From: an uncultured delta proteobacterium
GTDB taxonomy: Bacteria; Desulfobacterota; Desulfomonilia; Desulfomonilales; Desulfomonilaceae
Assembly: GCA_963789265.1 (NCBI GenBank)
Contig: CAWBKB010000001.1
Coordinates: 1,152,001 to 1,216,000, forward strand
Length of the DNA: 64,000 nucleotides
Direction: 5' to 3'
Part shown: one piece after another, positions 42,586 to 53,097 of the stretch
Position numbering within the stretch: position 1 is the first letter of the stretch
Layout of the letters: each line of letters opens with the position of its first letter
Program-made: the position numbers and the translations under genes
The notes under the pieces: model-generated
What the model was told of the DNA's origin: nothing
Databases searched by the model: none
What the model saw: only the letters and a program-made list of their open reading frames with translations

Positions 42586-44058
42586 ATGACCAGAAGTGGA
42601 ATTGCCCTTGCCGCAACGTTTGTGCTGATGCTCCTTCTCTGCGGCCAAGTGATCGGGGATTCGGCGGAGAAGTTGTTCAGCCAGGCGGTTGCGGCTGAAC
42701 GTTCGGGGAATCTAGACGCGTCAATAGAATTATTCAGTCAGGCCACGAAGTTAGCTCCGGAAAATGGGGCCATCTACAACAATCGGGGGATCGTTTACGT
42801 GCGAAAGAAAGACCTTGATCCGGCGATAGAAGATTTCGATCAAGCTATAAGACTCGATCCTGACAATGCTGGAGCGTACAACAACAGGGGGATGGCTTTC
42901 GAAGAAAAAGGAGACCTTCATCAGGCGGCTGAGGACTACGACAAGGCCCTGGATATTGATCGAGAACACGTTCAGGCACTGCTTAACCGGGCCCTTCTGT
43001 CGGCACGGACTGGTGCTCCTGAGAGAGCTTTCGCAGACCTGAAAGAACTCGTTCGAATCGACGAGCGCAATGCCAAGGCCCGCGTGCTATTGGGGAAACT
43101 CTATTTGGCCGACGGTTCGCCTGACAGGGCCCTGAAAGAGTTCTCCACGGCCTTGCGTCCGGAGCCTCGAAATCTTGGGGCCTTAGCGGGGATCGGCGAT
43201 GCGAACTTTGTCAAAGGTCGATTCAGTAAGGCCATCGAAGCCTATACCGAAGCCCTTGCCGACGGCCCAAGCGACCCCATAATCCTTGCGAATCGCTGCT
43301 CCGCGTTCATCCGGACCAAAGATTTCGACAAGGCCGTGCCGGATTGTAAGGAGGCGGTGAAGCTGAAGCCGTCTTACGCAGAAGGATTTTACAACCTGGG
43401 TAATGCTTTGACGGCTCTGGCACGCGATCGTGAGGCGATTGAGGCTTACAATCATGCCATAGCGTTGCAGGCGGATCGCGCCGATTATTTTTATAACAGA
43501 GGAACAACCTTCGAGAAGCTTGGCGAAGACGAGAATGCGCTGGCCGATTTCAATCGCTCCTTGGAGCTTGATCCGAAGCACGCTGATGCCCTCAACAACA
43601 GAGGGTCCATTTTCCTTTCGAGAGGCAAGGTTCAGCGGGCTCAGGAGGATTTTGAGCGTGCCGCGCGCGAAGATCGGCGCAGTGTGCCGGCGTGGACGAA
43701 CCTTGCTGCCGCTTATTTGGCTGGTAATGCTCCTGAAAAGGCTGTTCCGATGCTGCAACGCGCCCTCAAGCTGGCTCCCAAAAATCCCGAAGTCCTGGCA
43801 CGCTTCGGTGACGCATGGGCAGCCAAGAACCGAATCGACAAGGCAGCAGCCGCTTACAGGAGAGCGTTGGATAGAGCGTCCACCCCGGATCAACGGACCC
43901 AAATCAATTTTCGGATGGGCCTTCTTTGGGAACGCTCCGGCAGCACTGGGAAGGCGGTGCAGTCTTACACGAAGGCTCTGGAAACAGCCGAGGATACATC
44001 CATGAAGAAAGGGCTGAAGGCAAAGATTGATGAATTAACGCTCCGAATGAAGAGATGA
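42586..44058 (+). CDS. exported TPR-repeat protein
   Basis: Signal peptide and many TPRs (YNNRG, YNLG). Confidence 0.9.
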   Translation: MTRSGIALAATFVLMLLLCGQVIGDSAEKLFSQAVAAERSGNLDASIELFSQATKLAPENGAIYNNRGIVYVRKKDLDPAIEDFDQAIRLDPDNAGAYNNRGMAFEEKGDLHQAAEDYDKALDIDREHVQALLNRALLSARTGAPERAFADLKELVRIDERNAKARVLLGKLYLADGSPDRALKEFSTALRPEPRNLGALAGIGDANFVKGRFSKAIEAYTEALADGPSDPIILANRCSAFIRTKDFDKAVPDCKEAVKLKPSYAEGFYNLGNALTALARDREAIEAYNHAIALQADRADYFYNRGTTFEKLGEDENALADFNRSLELDPKHADALNNRGSIFLSRGKVQRAQEDFERAAREDRRSVPAWTNLAAAYLAGNAPEKAVPMLQRALKLAPKNPEVLARFGDAWAAKNRIDKAAAAYRRALDRASTPDQRTQINFRMGLLWERSGSTGKAVQSYTKALETAEDTSMKKGLKAKIDELTLRMKR

Positions 44059-44120
44059 TAGTGAGTTTCTTCCCCAATCGATTGAAAGCTGTGATCCGCA
44101 CGGAAAGATAATTGGGAATC

Positions 44121-44253
44121 GTAAGCGTTCACAAGGAACTTCGTAATCGGCATCCCGCGTCGCGGGACCGATCCTACCGAGATCATAGTCGGGCCGGCGT
44201 CCCTGCCGGTTAATCCTGGTACCCGGTAAACCGCTTTCTCGCTGAACAGTTAC
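44121..44253. mobile_element. IS66-type MITE
   Basis: Ends GTAAGCGTTCAC / CTGAACAGTTAC; flanks TGGGAATC / CAGGAATC; related to 54262-54406. Confidence 0.78.
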
Positions 44254-44316
44254 CAGGAATCCTTCCGGCAATCTCGGAATTTACGGTCTTGGTTTGCTGA
44301 GGCACAGGAGTTTTAG

Positions 44317-47300
44317 ATGCTCTATTTCGCGGATCTTCATGTCCATTCCAAATACTCGCGAGCTACCTCCAAGGATTGCAATCTCATGGAACTGGCCAAA
44401 TGGGCGGCTCTTAAAGGAATCCGAGTCCTGGCCACAGGGGATTTCACTCACCCCGAATGGAGCCGGGAAATTCGCGAAATGCTGACCGAAGGCGAAAGGG
44501 GTTTATTACGTCTGAAGAAGGATCATCTTCCAAAGGTCATTGTCGTCCCCGACGGTTTTGGACCGGAGGACGTGCGCTTCATCCTAAATGTTGAAATAAG
44601 CTCCATTTACAAAAAACACGGAGCTACGAGAAAGGTACACAATCTCGTTTTTATGCCTGACCTGAACGCAATGGAGCGCTTCAACGCCAGGCTCGAGCGC
44701 ATTGGAAACATCAAGTCCGACGGCAGACCGATTCTCGGCCTGGACAGCAGGGATCTTCTCGAAATCGCTCTCGAAATCACGCCTGAATCTTTTCTTATCC
44801 CGGCGCACGTCTGGACTCCTTGGTTCTCGATGCTTGGATCTAAGTCCGGATTCAACTCCGTGGAAGAATGCTTCGACGACCTTTCCTCTCACATATTTGC
44901 ACTCGAAACCGGTCTCTCGTCAGATCCGGCAATGAATCACATGGTAAGTTCGCTGGACAAATACACCCTAATATCGAACTCGGATACGCATTCTCCTGCC
45001 AGGCTCGGTCGTGAAGCCAATATCTTTTCGGGAGATCCCGGATATGTTGCCATTCGCGAGGCCATACGCGAGGGCGGACGGGCGCTATCAGGCGGACCGG
45101 CGAGTAAAGGGGCTCTTGAACGTTATGATGTTTCGGACTGGACTGCGAAAGCAGAGGCAATATCAGGGGACTGCTTTATCGGCACAATAGAATTCTTTCC
45201 GGAGGAAGGGAAATACCACCTCGACGGACATAGGAAGTGCTCTGCCCGTTTGAGCCCGGAAGAAACTGAAAGGCTGAAGGGTCATTGTCCCGTGTGCGGA
45301 CGGCCGGTGACTGTAGGGGTCGTGAACCGCGTAAATGAACTCTCCGATCGGCCGGCGGGGTCGGCCCCGGAAGGCGCCACTCCATTCTGGAGAATGCTGC
45401 CGCTGGTAGAGATCATAGGTCAGGCCCTGGACGTGGGCCCCCAATCCAAGAAGGTCGGTGCCAGCTATGATGATCTTCTCCGGAAATTGGGACCGGAATT
45501 GATGATCCTATGGTCACACCCTCTGGAACAGATCGGCCGCCATGCGCCTGAAATAGTAGTCGAGGCAATACGCAGGGTCCGCAAGGGAGAGGTGTCGATC
45601 AAAGCTGGTTACGATGGTGAGTACGGCTCGGTTCAACTCTTTGGGCCGGGTGAACGCGAGCATTTTGGCGGACAGCAGGCTTTGGTTCCGGTTCATAAAC
45701 TTGAGGTGACCAGGCGTAGAAATGATGGATCCAAACTCGTGCGAAAAAAAAAAGCCGGCAACCAGTCTCAAATGATCCCTCCGGAAAAAAAAGATCGACC
45801 GCTGAATGAAGAGCAGCAGCAGGCCATAGAGACTATTGACCTGCCGGTCCTGGTCCAGGCTGGGCCAGGCACCGGAAAGACCAGGACTTTAACACACCGC
45901 ATCGCAAGCCTTATCAAAAGCGGGCGAGTCCGTCCGGAGAAGATCACCGCCGTAACATTCACCCGCAAGGCGGCCGCAGAAATGCGGCAGCGCCTCGGGG
46001 ATTTGCTTTCGCAGGAGTGCCTTCAGGGATGCTGGGTGGGGACATTCCACCAACTTGGAGCCCGGATTCTGGACTTCTGTAAGGAAAAGACCGGACTTGA
46101 CCGCAGAGAGCGGATACTGGGCGAGGACGAGGCTTTGACCATATTCAGGCAGGCCGTCAAGTCTACGGGTTTGGATCTGGCCCCTGCGCAGGTTCCTCCG
46201 CTTTTCAAGGAAGTGAGCCTCCTCAAACAGTCAACCGTGGATTCCTCGGATGCAAATGTCAATTCCGCGGTTCGACGGGCCTACGTTGCGTACCGAGGAG
46301 CAACTGAAAAGTGCAGGAGCCTATGACCTCGACGATCTTCTTGTCGTGCCGGTCCGACTCCTACGCGATCGCCCTTCTGCGGCCGTCGAACTAAGAGAAG
46401 CCATTGCCGAACACCTACTGGTGGATGAATTTCAAGATGTTAATAGAGCCCAGTACGAGATGGTCCGCCTGCTGGCGAGCCCGGTTGGGGAGGGACTATT
46501 TGTTATAGGCGACCCCGAACAGGCCATTTACGGCTTTCGCGGTTCGGACAGAAGATTCTTTCTTCGATTCGCTGAGGATTACCCGTCAGTGCATCAAGTA
46601 AGGCTGGCCAGGAATTATCGATCACAGGCGCCGATTCTCAAGGGGGCCTCGGATGTTCTTAATGGTGGACGGAGCGGGAACCTCCTCAAAGCCGAAAGAG
46701 CCGGAGCCAATCCCATCAAGATCGTTCAGATGCCTAATTCGGCTACGGAAGGAGAATTCATTGTTCGCACCATCGACGCGGCAATGGGCGGCGCGTCGTT
46801 CTTTTCTCTTGATTCCGGACAACTAACGCTTCAGGAGCGAGACCTCGGATTCAGGGATTTCGCGGTGCTATTCCGACTGAATGCGGTAGGGGATGCTATG
46901 GAAGAGGCCTTCAAGTCTTCAGGAATTCCGTACCAGCGAGCACGCAGAACCAGTCCGGCAGAGGAGGCCGAAGCACTGGATCCGCGTGCTGAAGCGGTCA
47001 CCTTGATGACAATTCATGCTTCCAAGGGCCTGGAGTTTCCGATAGTATTCATAGCCGGATGCGAAGAAGGCATAATTCCTTACGATCCGCCGGGTGGATC
47101 CGATCGCCGCCCGCCTGACGCGGATGAAGAATGTCGGCTTCTGTATGTCGCCATGACCAGAGCAGAAGATGAACTGTTCATAACGAGGGCGCGAAACAGA
47201 TTCGTTTACGGCCTCAAGGTCGAGAAACCCTCGATCCAGTTTTCTGAAGGCAATCGACCCTTCGATTTGCGAGTTCGTAGACCCGTTGGGCGGCCGACGT

Positions 47301-47336
47301 CGGCCGCGGTCCATTCAGTATGAGCTGTTCAAATGA
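44317..47336 (+). CDS. endonuclease Q (PHP + Zn) / UvrD-helicase fusion (frameshifts near 46294 and 47228)
   Basis: ADLHVHSKYSRATS, NSDTHS, GKYHLDGHRKC, CPVCG, GYDGEYG; then AGPGTGKT, VDEFQD, GDPEQAIYGFRG, TIHASKGLEF, LLYVAMTRA; repaired C-terminus QYELFK. Confidence 0.87.
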
Positions 47337-47419
47337 GCGGAAGGGAGAATGCCCTCCTTGGGGGTAAGCATTCAGTTTTCAGCAAGAAAGTGTCATTAAA
47401 CCCGTGGGTCAGGCTTTCC

Positions 47420-47582
47420 GAAACTGTCTCAAAACCCCCTGAACAGGACGAAATCGTAACACGAAATGCCCTCACCCCAACCCTCTCCCTCTGGGAGAGG
47501 GTTGGGGTGAGGGCAACAACTATGCGAATGAGGCCCAATAGTGCCACGATTTTGGGCATCAAAATAGTTTTGAGACACTTTC
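47420..47582. mobile_element. 163-bp IS1182-derived MITE
   Basis: Inverted repeats GAAACTGTCTCAAAA / TTTTGAGACACTTTC, matching the IS at 5220; lies between inverted REP halves. Confidence 0.85.
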
Positions 47583-47674
47583 GGAAAGCCTGCCCCACAT
47601 GAATGAACGCTTGCATTTGGGTAAAAGGCTCTTGACAAAAAGAGGATATTCAGATATTTAAATATAAAAGGAGA

Positions 47675-48448
47675 ATGACTGTGCCTGGAGGGAAATTGCT
47701 GCTCTTCACTGATAATCGTGTCATTTCGGTGAGCTTGATAATCATTGTGGTCTTAATCGGACTTTTCGGTGGCTCCTATTCGGCCGGTGCAGCCGGAGCC
47801 CCGGAAGGAGCTGCATTCCAGGTTCTTAGGAATCCTCCGCTAGCCGGCGATCTCAAGATGGCCATGTTGGACGGCAGGATCGGCAGTCTGTCCGGTTTTA
47901 GAGGAAAGGTGGTCATTCTGAATTTCTGGAGAAACAAGTGCCACTACTGTGCCATGGAAAAAGGGTTCCTGAAAGACATGCTGGGATCCATGAATACGAA
48001 TGATCTTAAGGTCGTTTGCGCCGACTTTTGGGACCCGCCTTCCTGGGTCAGGGCTTACGGCAAGTCCGGCACGGGGGGTCTGATTATTACCTCCGGCCCG
48101 GCGGGACGGCAGGCGGTCATGCAAAACGTGGTCAGGGGACGTCTCATGGGTTATTACATTGTCAATGAGCAAAATGAGGCGATTTACGAGATAAAAGGCT
48201 TTCCATCAAGCTATGTCATCAATAAAGAAGGACAGGTCGTCGCGGTGCATCTGGGATTGGCTCGTTGGAACAGCCCTCCGGTTCGGAAGTGGCTCGCGGC
48301 TCTTGTGGGAACGAAACGGCCCGGGAAAGCCGGCGACTCGGAATATGAACCGCCAGGCTGGCTTGACCGCCTCCTGACCAACCCGATTAGCAGAAGCCTG
48401 CCGGTTTATGGTCCGAGTAAGACCGCGCGGGCCACTGTGAGTCATTAG
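47675..48448 (+). CDS. TlpA-family thiol-disulfide oxidoreductase
   Basis: GKVVILNFW..CHYC..E, GFPSSYVINKEG. Confidence 0.82.
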   Translation: MTVPGGKLLLFTDNRVISVSLIIIVVLIGLFGGSYSAGAAGAPEGAAFQVLRNPPLAGDLKMAMLDGRIGSLSGFRGKVVILNFWRNKCHYCAMEKGFLKDMLGSMNTNDLKVVCADFWDPPSWVRAYGKSGTGGLIITSGPAGRQAVMQNVVRGRLMGYYIVNEQNEAIYEIKGFPSSYVINKEGQVVAVHLGLARWNSPPVRKWLAALVGTKRPGKAGDSEYEPPGWLDRLLTNPISRSLPVYGPSKTARATVSH

Positions 48449-48683
48449 CCGGTGGCTCTGGACGAAAAGAGATCCGGCAGCTCGAAGTTAGTGAGGAACA
48501 CATGGACCTATGGCTTTTGATAGCGATGTTGGTAGGGTGGTTCGCATTGAACAAATGGGTACTACCTCGCTTTGGGGTTTCCACATGAATGTCCCAGGAA
48601 TGTTCATCCGGGGACCGGGTGAAGGAAAAAGCAAAAGAGTAAAGCTCGAAGAAGTTGCAACTTTTTGATCGAAGGTGGGACCA

Positions 48684-49043
48684 ATGAACCTCTCAGCAGA
48701 AACGGCAAGAGAGAACGAACATGACCTCGATGAACTTTTCCGGGAGATCAAGACGAAGGAGTTCTCCAGGGAAGCTGAAATTCTTAAGGCGCTTGGGCAT
48801 CCAATCAGGTTGAAGATTGTGTATGGTTTACTCAAAGTGGGGGGATGCAACGTCAAGCACATGCAGGAGTGCTTGGGACTGCACCAGGCTACTGTGTCAC
48901 AACACCTGATTCATCTCAAAAGCCGCGGCATTATCACATCTACCCGCCAGGGCCTTGAAATGGTGTACAGAGTCACTGACCCGTGGGCCAAGTGCATTAT
49001 CGACAATATCGAAAAGAAACTAAGAGAAGAAGAGGGCGATTAG
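48684..49043 (+). CDS. ArsR/SmtB-family regulator
   Basis: LKALGHPIRLKI, QATVSQHL..LK. Confidence 0.9.
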   Translation: MNLSAETARENEHDLDELFREIKTKEFSREAEILKALGHPIRLKIVYGLLKVGGCNVKHMQECLGLHQATVSQHLIHLKSRGIITSTRQGLEMVYRVTDPWAKCIIDNIEKKLREEEGD

Positions 49044-49234
49044 GCGCGGCTTCCTCCTGTACTTGCTTGACCTTCCTTAAGGGCCTACCACAGGCTTGGC
49101 CTTTTTGTGCTCGACGATACCTCCAACCATTTCTTACTCTCGCAATCGGCTCTCGGTGGTGTATACTATATTTTTAGCATCCTATGCACACGATGTTCGC
49201 GAATTCGTCTGCCAATTGTGAGAGGGGTGACCAG

Positions 49235-49655
49235 ATGGCTGATCTCGTGAGATTCGGGGTATCCATCCCTGACGATCTGCTGGAGAAGTTCGACATCCTC
49301 ATCGCGGAACAAGGCTATACTAACCGGTCCGAGGCTATCAGAGATCTCATACGGAATCGCTTTGTCGAGGACGAGTGGAGCCGCTCGGAAGAGGACGTCG
49401 TCGGCACTGTGACAGTCGTCTATAACCACGAACAGAGCGATCTGGCCCAGAAGCTAACCGAAATCCAGCACAGAAAGCACGATCTCATCATTTCCTCGGT
49501 TCACGTGCATCTGGATAAGCATAATTGCCTGGAAGGTACTTATTATGAGGGGAGCGCCCGCTGAGGTGAAAAAGGCAGGGGAGCTTCTCATCTCCACTCG
49601 CGGTGTGAAGCACGGCAAAATCACTATGACCACCACCGGAAAAGAATTGGATTAG
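49235..49655 (+). CDS. nikR: nickel-responsive regulator NikR (frameshift near 49535)
   Basis: [28 protein letters not shown]; the shifted frame continues VLIMRG..GVKHGKI. Confidence 0.92.
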
Positions 49656-49672
49656 CAGAAGCCCTTCCGTAA

Positions 49673-50258
<586 letters not shown>

Positions 50259-50295
50259 GGTGCGGTCACTGAGTCCGCCGGCGCAGACAGTCGAT

Positions 50296-50324
50296 TTGAC
50301 GTCAAGACGTTTAAACGTTATATT
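50296..50324 (+). promoter_or_regulatory. sigma70 promoter with palindromic operators
   Basis: TTGACG-17 bp-TATATT, overlapped by TTGACGTCAA and ACGTTTAAACGT; ATG 6 nt downstream. Confidence 0.7.
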
Positions 50325-50330
50325 AGCTGT

Positions 50331-50564
50331 ATGAAGACGTCACACAAAAGAGCCACCATCTATCTCGATCCGGATCTTCATCGGGCCCTTCGGGTGAAAG
50401 CCGTGGAGACGGACAGGACCATCTCCGATCTGGTAAACGAGGCAGTGAGGCTGAGACTTGCTGAAGATGCCGAAGACCTTGCAGCGTTTGACGACCGCGC
50501 GCGCGAACCTGACCTGCACTTCGAAGACGTTTTGAAAGATCTTAAGCGGCGTGCCAAAATATAG
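50331..50564 (+). CDS. CopG/RHH antitoxin
   Basis: KRATIYLDPDLHRALRVKA..ISDLVNEAVR..EDAEDL. Confidence 0.87.
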   Translation: MKTSHKRATIYLDPDLHRALRVKAVETDRTISDLVNEAVRLRLAEDAEDLAAFDDRAREPDLHFEDVLKDLKRRAKI

Positions 50565-50811
50565 CATTCTCATCAAACCGTCTGCGGTCAAAGAAATTGA
50601 GACTATTGGCACGAAAAAGGATCGTCAGCGCATCGTTGCTCAGATAAGAAAACTCGGCTACGATCCGCGTCCGTGTGGATGCGAAAAGCTGTCCGGCCAT
50701 GATAAGTACCGCATCCGGCAAGGGCGCTTTAGAATTGTCTATTCAATTGAAGATCGGGAATTGGCGGTCTACGTGGTCAAGGTTGGGCACCGGAGAGAAG
50801 TGTACCGGTAG
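50551..50811 (+). CDS. RelE/ParE-family toxin
   Basis: YSILIKPSAVKE, PRP.GCEKLSG, YRIRQG..RIVY, VGHRREVYR. Confidence 0.92.
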   Translation: MPKYSILIKPSAVKEIETIGTKKDRQRIVAQIRKLGYDPRPCGCEKLSGHDKYRIRQGRFRIVYSIEDRELAVYVVKVGHRREVYR

Positions 50812-50891
50812 AGTTCGAGACTGCAGATTGTTGCCGAACTTTTCCTCAGGGTAGTAGTCCAACCAGCATATTGCTTATAAAGGGGGAAAAG

Positions 50892-51295
50892 ATGGCCGAC
50901 GATTTCAAAGGACATGGGGACTTTATCAAGCAGCACGGCGCTTTTTGCTGGTCCGAATTGATGACGACCGATGTGCCGGCCGCGCTCGGAATTCTACACT
51001 AAGCTTTTCGGATGGACCACCCAGCAACTCGAAGAAGAATTCGGATCGTACGTATTGGTAAAGGTGGGCGAAAACGAAGTCGGTGGCGTCATGGCAACGC
51101 CTCCTGAAGCCCAAGGCATGCCGCCGATGTGGGGCGTGTACGTGACGGTCGACGACGTAGATGCAACGGCCAAAATGGCTGGCCGAGCTTGGCGGAAAAA
51201 TATTGGTTCCGCCAAGAGACATTCCGAACGTGGGGCGTTTTTGCGTAATTCAGGATCCTCAGGGGGCAGTGATCTCAGCGATCACAACCAAGTAG
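50892..51295 (+). CDS. VOC/glyoxalase-family protein (frameshifts near 50988 and 51181)
   Basis: HGAFCWSELMTTD / FYTKLFGW..WGVYVTVDDVDA / ELGGKILVPP.DIPNVGRF..IQDPQGA. Confidence 0.85.
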
Positions 51296-51338
51296 GGTAT
51301 GTAGGGCGTACCTGGTGTCCGCGCAGGGCAGCCACACA

Positions 51339-51600
51339 GAGACTGTCTCAAAAGTGCGGATCGAGTCGAGACCGTGACACGAAAGTCGCTAGAGTTCTGG
51401 TTCCCAATCCCGTGTGTCGCGGGACTGGGAACCAGAAAACTTTGGTGTGCATTTCGTTGCCCTCACCCCAACCCTCTCCCAGAGGGAGAGGGAGCCATTC
51501 CAGAGTGGCTATTAGAGTCACCTCGCCCTTTGGGAGAGGGTCAGGGTGAGGGGATTACGTGTTACGATGTCCTCCCGTTCAAGAGTTTTGCAACAGTTTC
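51339..51600. mobile_element. 262-bp IS1182-derived MITE
   Basis: Ends GAGACTGTCTCAAAA / TTTTGCAACAGTTTC; 4-bp duplication CACA inside the REP GGGCAGCCACACAGGTTTGCCCC. Confidence 0.85.
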
Positions 51601-51631
51601 CACAGGTTTGCCCCTGCATTCCAAACCGGGG

Positions 51632-51865
51632 TCAGTGCAGCATGCGATCGCCCTTGACCTTAACCAGATCGAGCAGATCGCGCACGCCTATAGAAACTGG
51701 AGGCGCTCCTTCAAAGCCAAATGCACACTTGCCGCTGTCGGTAACAGTTAAAGCAAAATAGCCTTCTGGAAATTGCGCTATCAAGGTAGCGCCGGTGCAA
51801 GGTTTGTCGGTTACCACCATATCTTTATCTAAAATCAGGGTTGCCAGGATTTTCTCGTCTGTCAT
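51632..51865 (-). CDS. small hypothetical protein
   Basis: 77-aa ORF with ATG and protein-like composition; no recognisable motif. Confidence 0.5.
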   Translation of the reverse strand: MTDEKILATLILDKDMVVTDKPCTGATLIAQFPEGYFALTVTDSGKCAFGFEGAPPVSIGVRDLLDLVKVKGDRMLH

Positions 51866-52509
51866 GTTTTTTCGTTTTCCTTCTATTGTTCCAATCCCCT
51901 ACCTTCCATAGTATTAGCGGTATAAATGAAACATGCAAGATGAAACTGTCTCAAAGTAGCGGTTTGTGAGAGAAAATTGGAGGACGATTCTCGAAATACG
52001 GCGGGCATCCTGCCCGTCGATTAGTAGGATGGGCATCCTGCCCGTCGATTAGTAGAATGCGGACCCGATTCGTGCTCAAAGTCCCCCTTTTCTAAAGGAG
52101 GATTTATACCGATTCTCTTTCAAGCAAGTGACACCGTGTTTCCAGTAGGGGCGGGTTTCAAACCCGCCCGCCCCTACATGTCGTCGTGCCCGTGTACGCG
52201 GGGCAATGTAGGGGCGACCGGCGGGTCGCCCAGGGCGAATGCCATTCGCCCCTACCATGCCCAGATCCGAGTCCGGGGCGAGACGGATGGCGGGAAGTCC
52301 CGCGTTCCGTGTGGAGTGCCCCCACATTTTGCCCAAGATTGTCACCTCTTTGACGGTGCATTGGCATTAGGGGGATTTTCAACGGGTCATCAAAAAGAAC
52401 CTTCCTTTCGGAAAGGAGAAAAATTCGCCCTTCGCAAACCTATTTGAATGCTTGTGGGCAGGATCCCACCCTTCACCGCAAAATACCCCTCCTCGCCAGT
52501 GGATCCGCA

Positions 52510-53082
52510 TCAATTCGACACATGCTTGAGGACCGCCGATTCCACCACCAGATTCCCCTGGTTCCTGCTACTGTAGCCGTCCCCCGTCCAGTACTCCATG
52601 TGATATCCGGTGCCGCCGGAGCCCGTACCTGCCTCCCAACCGGGCTGACTCTTGTTGCTGTCGTCATAGCCCTGAATCCACTCATTAACGTAATACTTCC
52701 CGATGCTTGGACCGGTTGACGAAGGGGTTAGCCCATTTACACCTTCTTTTCCCGGAAACGGGTATTGGCTGGGGTTGGGGACTGGGCTCGTGCTGTCCGC
52801 ATCACTTGTGTTAGTCGTTGGAATCGACCTTACCTGAGGGCCGGAATTCAAAGGCCCGGCGCCGGTGTAGCTCGGAGGATCCGGAACATTGCTATTCTTC
52901 AGATCGTTGAAAGCTATGCCGCATGCCCCATCTGCGAGGTTGAACAGCTTGTTGTAGTTCTTTATCGCTCCGGTGAATTGCAGGTCCAGCCGGGACATTT
53001 GCATAAGACCGACCCCGAGCAAGCTGATCACGCCAAGAAACAAGAGAACTATGACAACTGCATATCCTTGGTTGTTATTCAT
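52510..53082 (-). CDS. pilX: PilX-like minor pilin
   Basis: MNNNQG|YAVVIVLLFLGVISLLG (class III signal without E5); last gene of the operon. Confidence 0.75.
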   Translation of the reverse strand: MNNNQGYAVVIVLLFLGVISLLGVGLMQMSRLDLQFTGAIKNYNKLFNLADGACGIAFNDLKNSNVPDPPSYTGAGPLNSGPQVRSIPTTNTSDADSTSPVPNPSQYPFPGKEGVNGLTPSSTGPSIGKYYVNEWIQGYDDSNKSQPGWEAGTGSGGTGYHMEYWTGDGYSSRNQGNLVVESAVLKHVSN

Positions 53083-53097
53083 CTGTCATCCCTCTTC

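Noticed and set aside
52003..52055. 25-bp direct repeat, two copies
   Set aside because: Simple tandem duplication of a REP with a 3-nt spacer; not CRISPR
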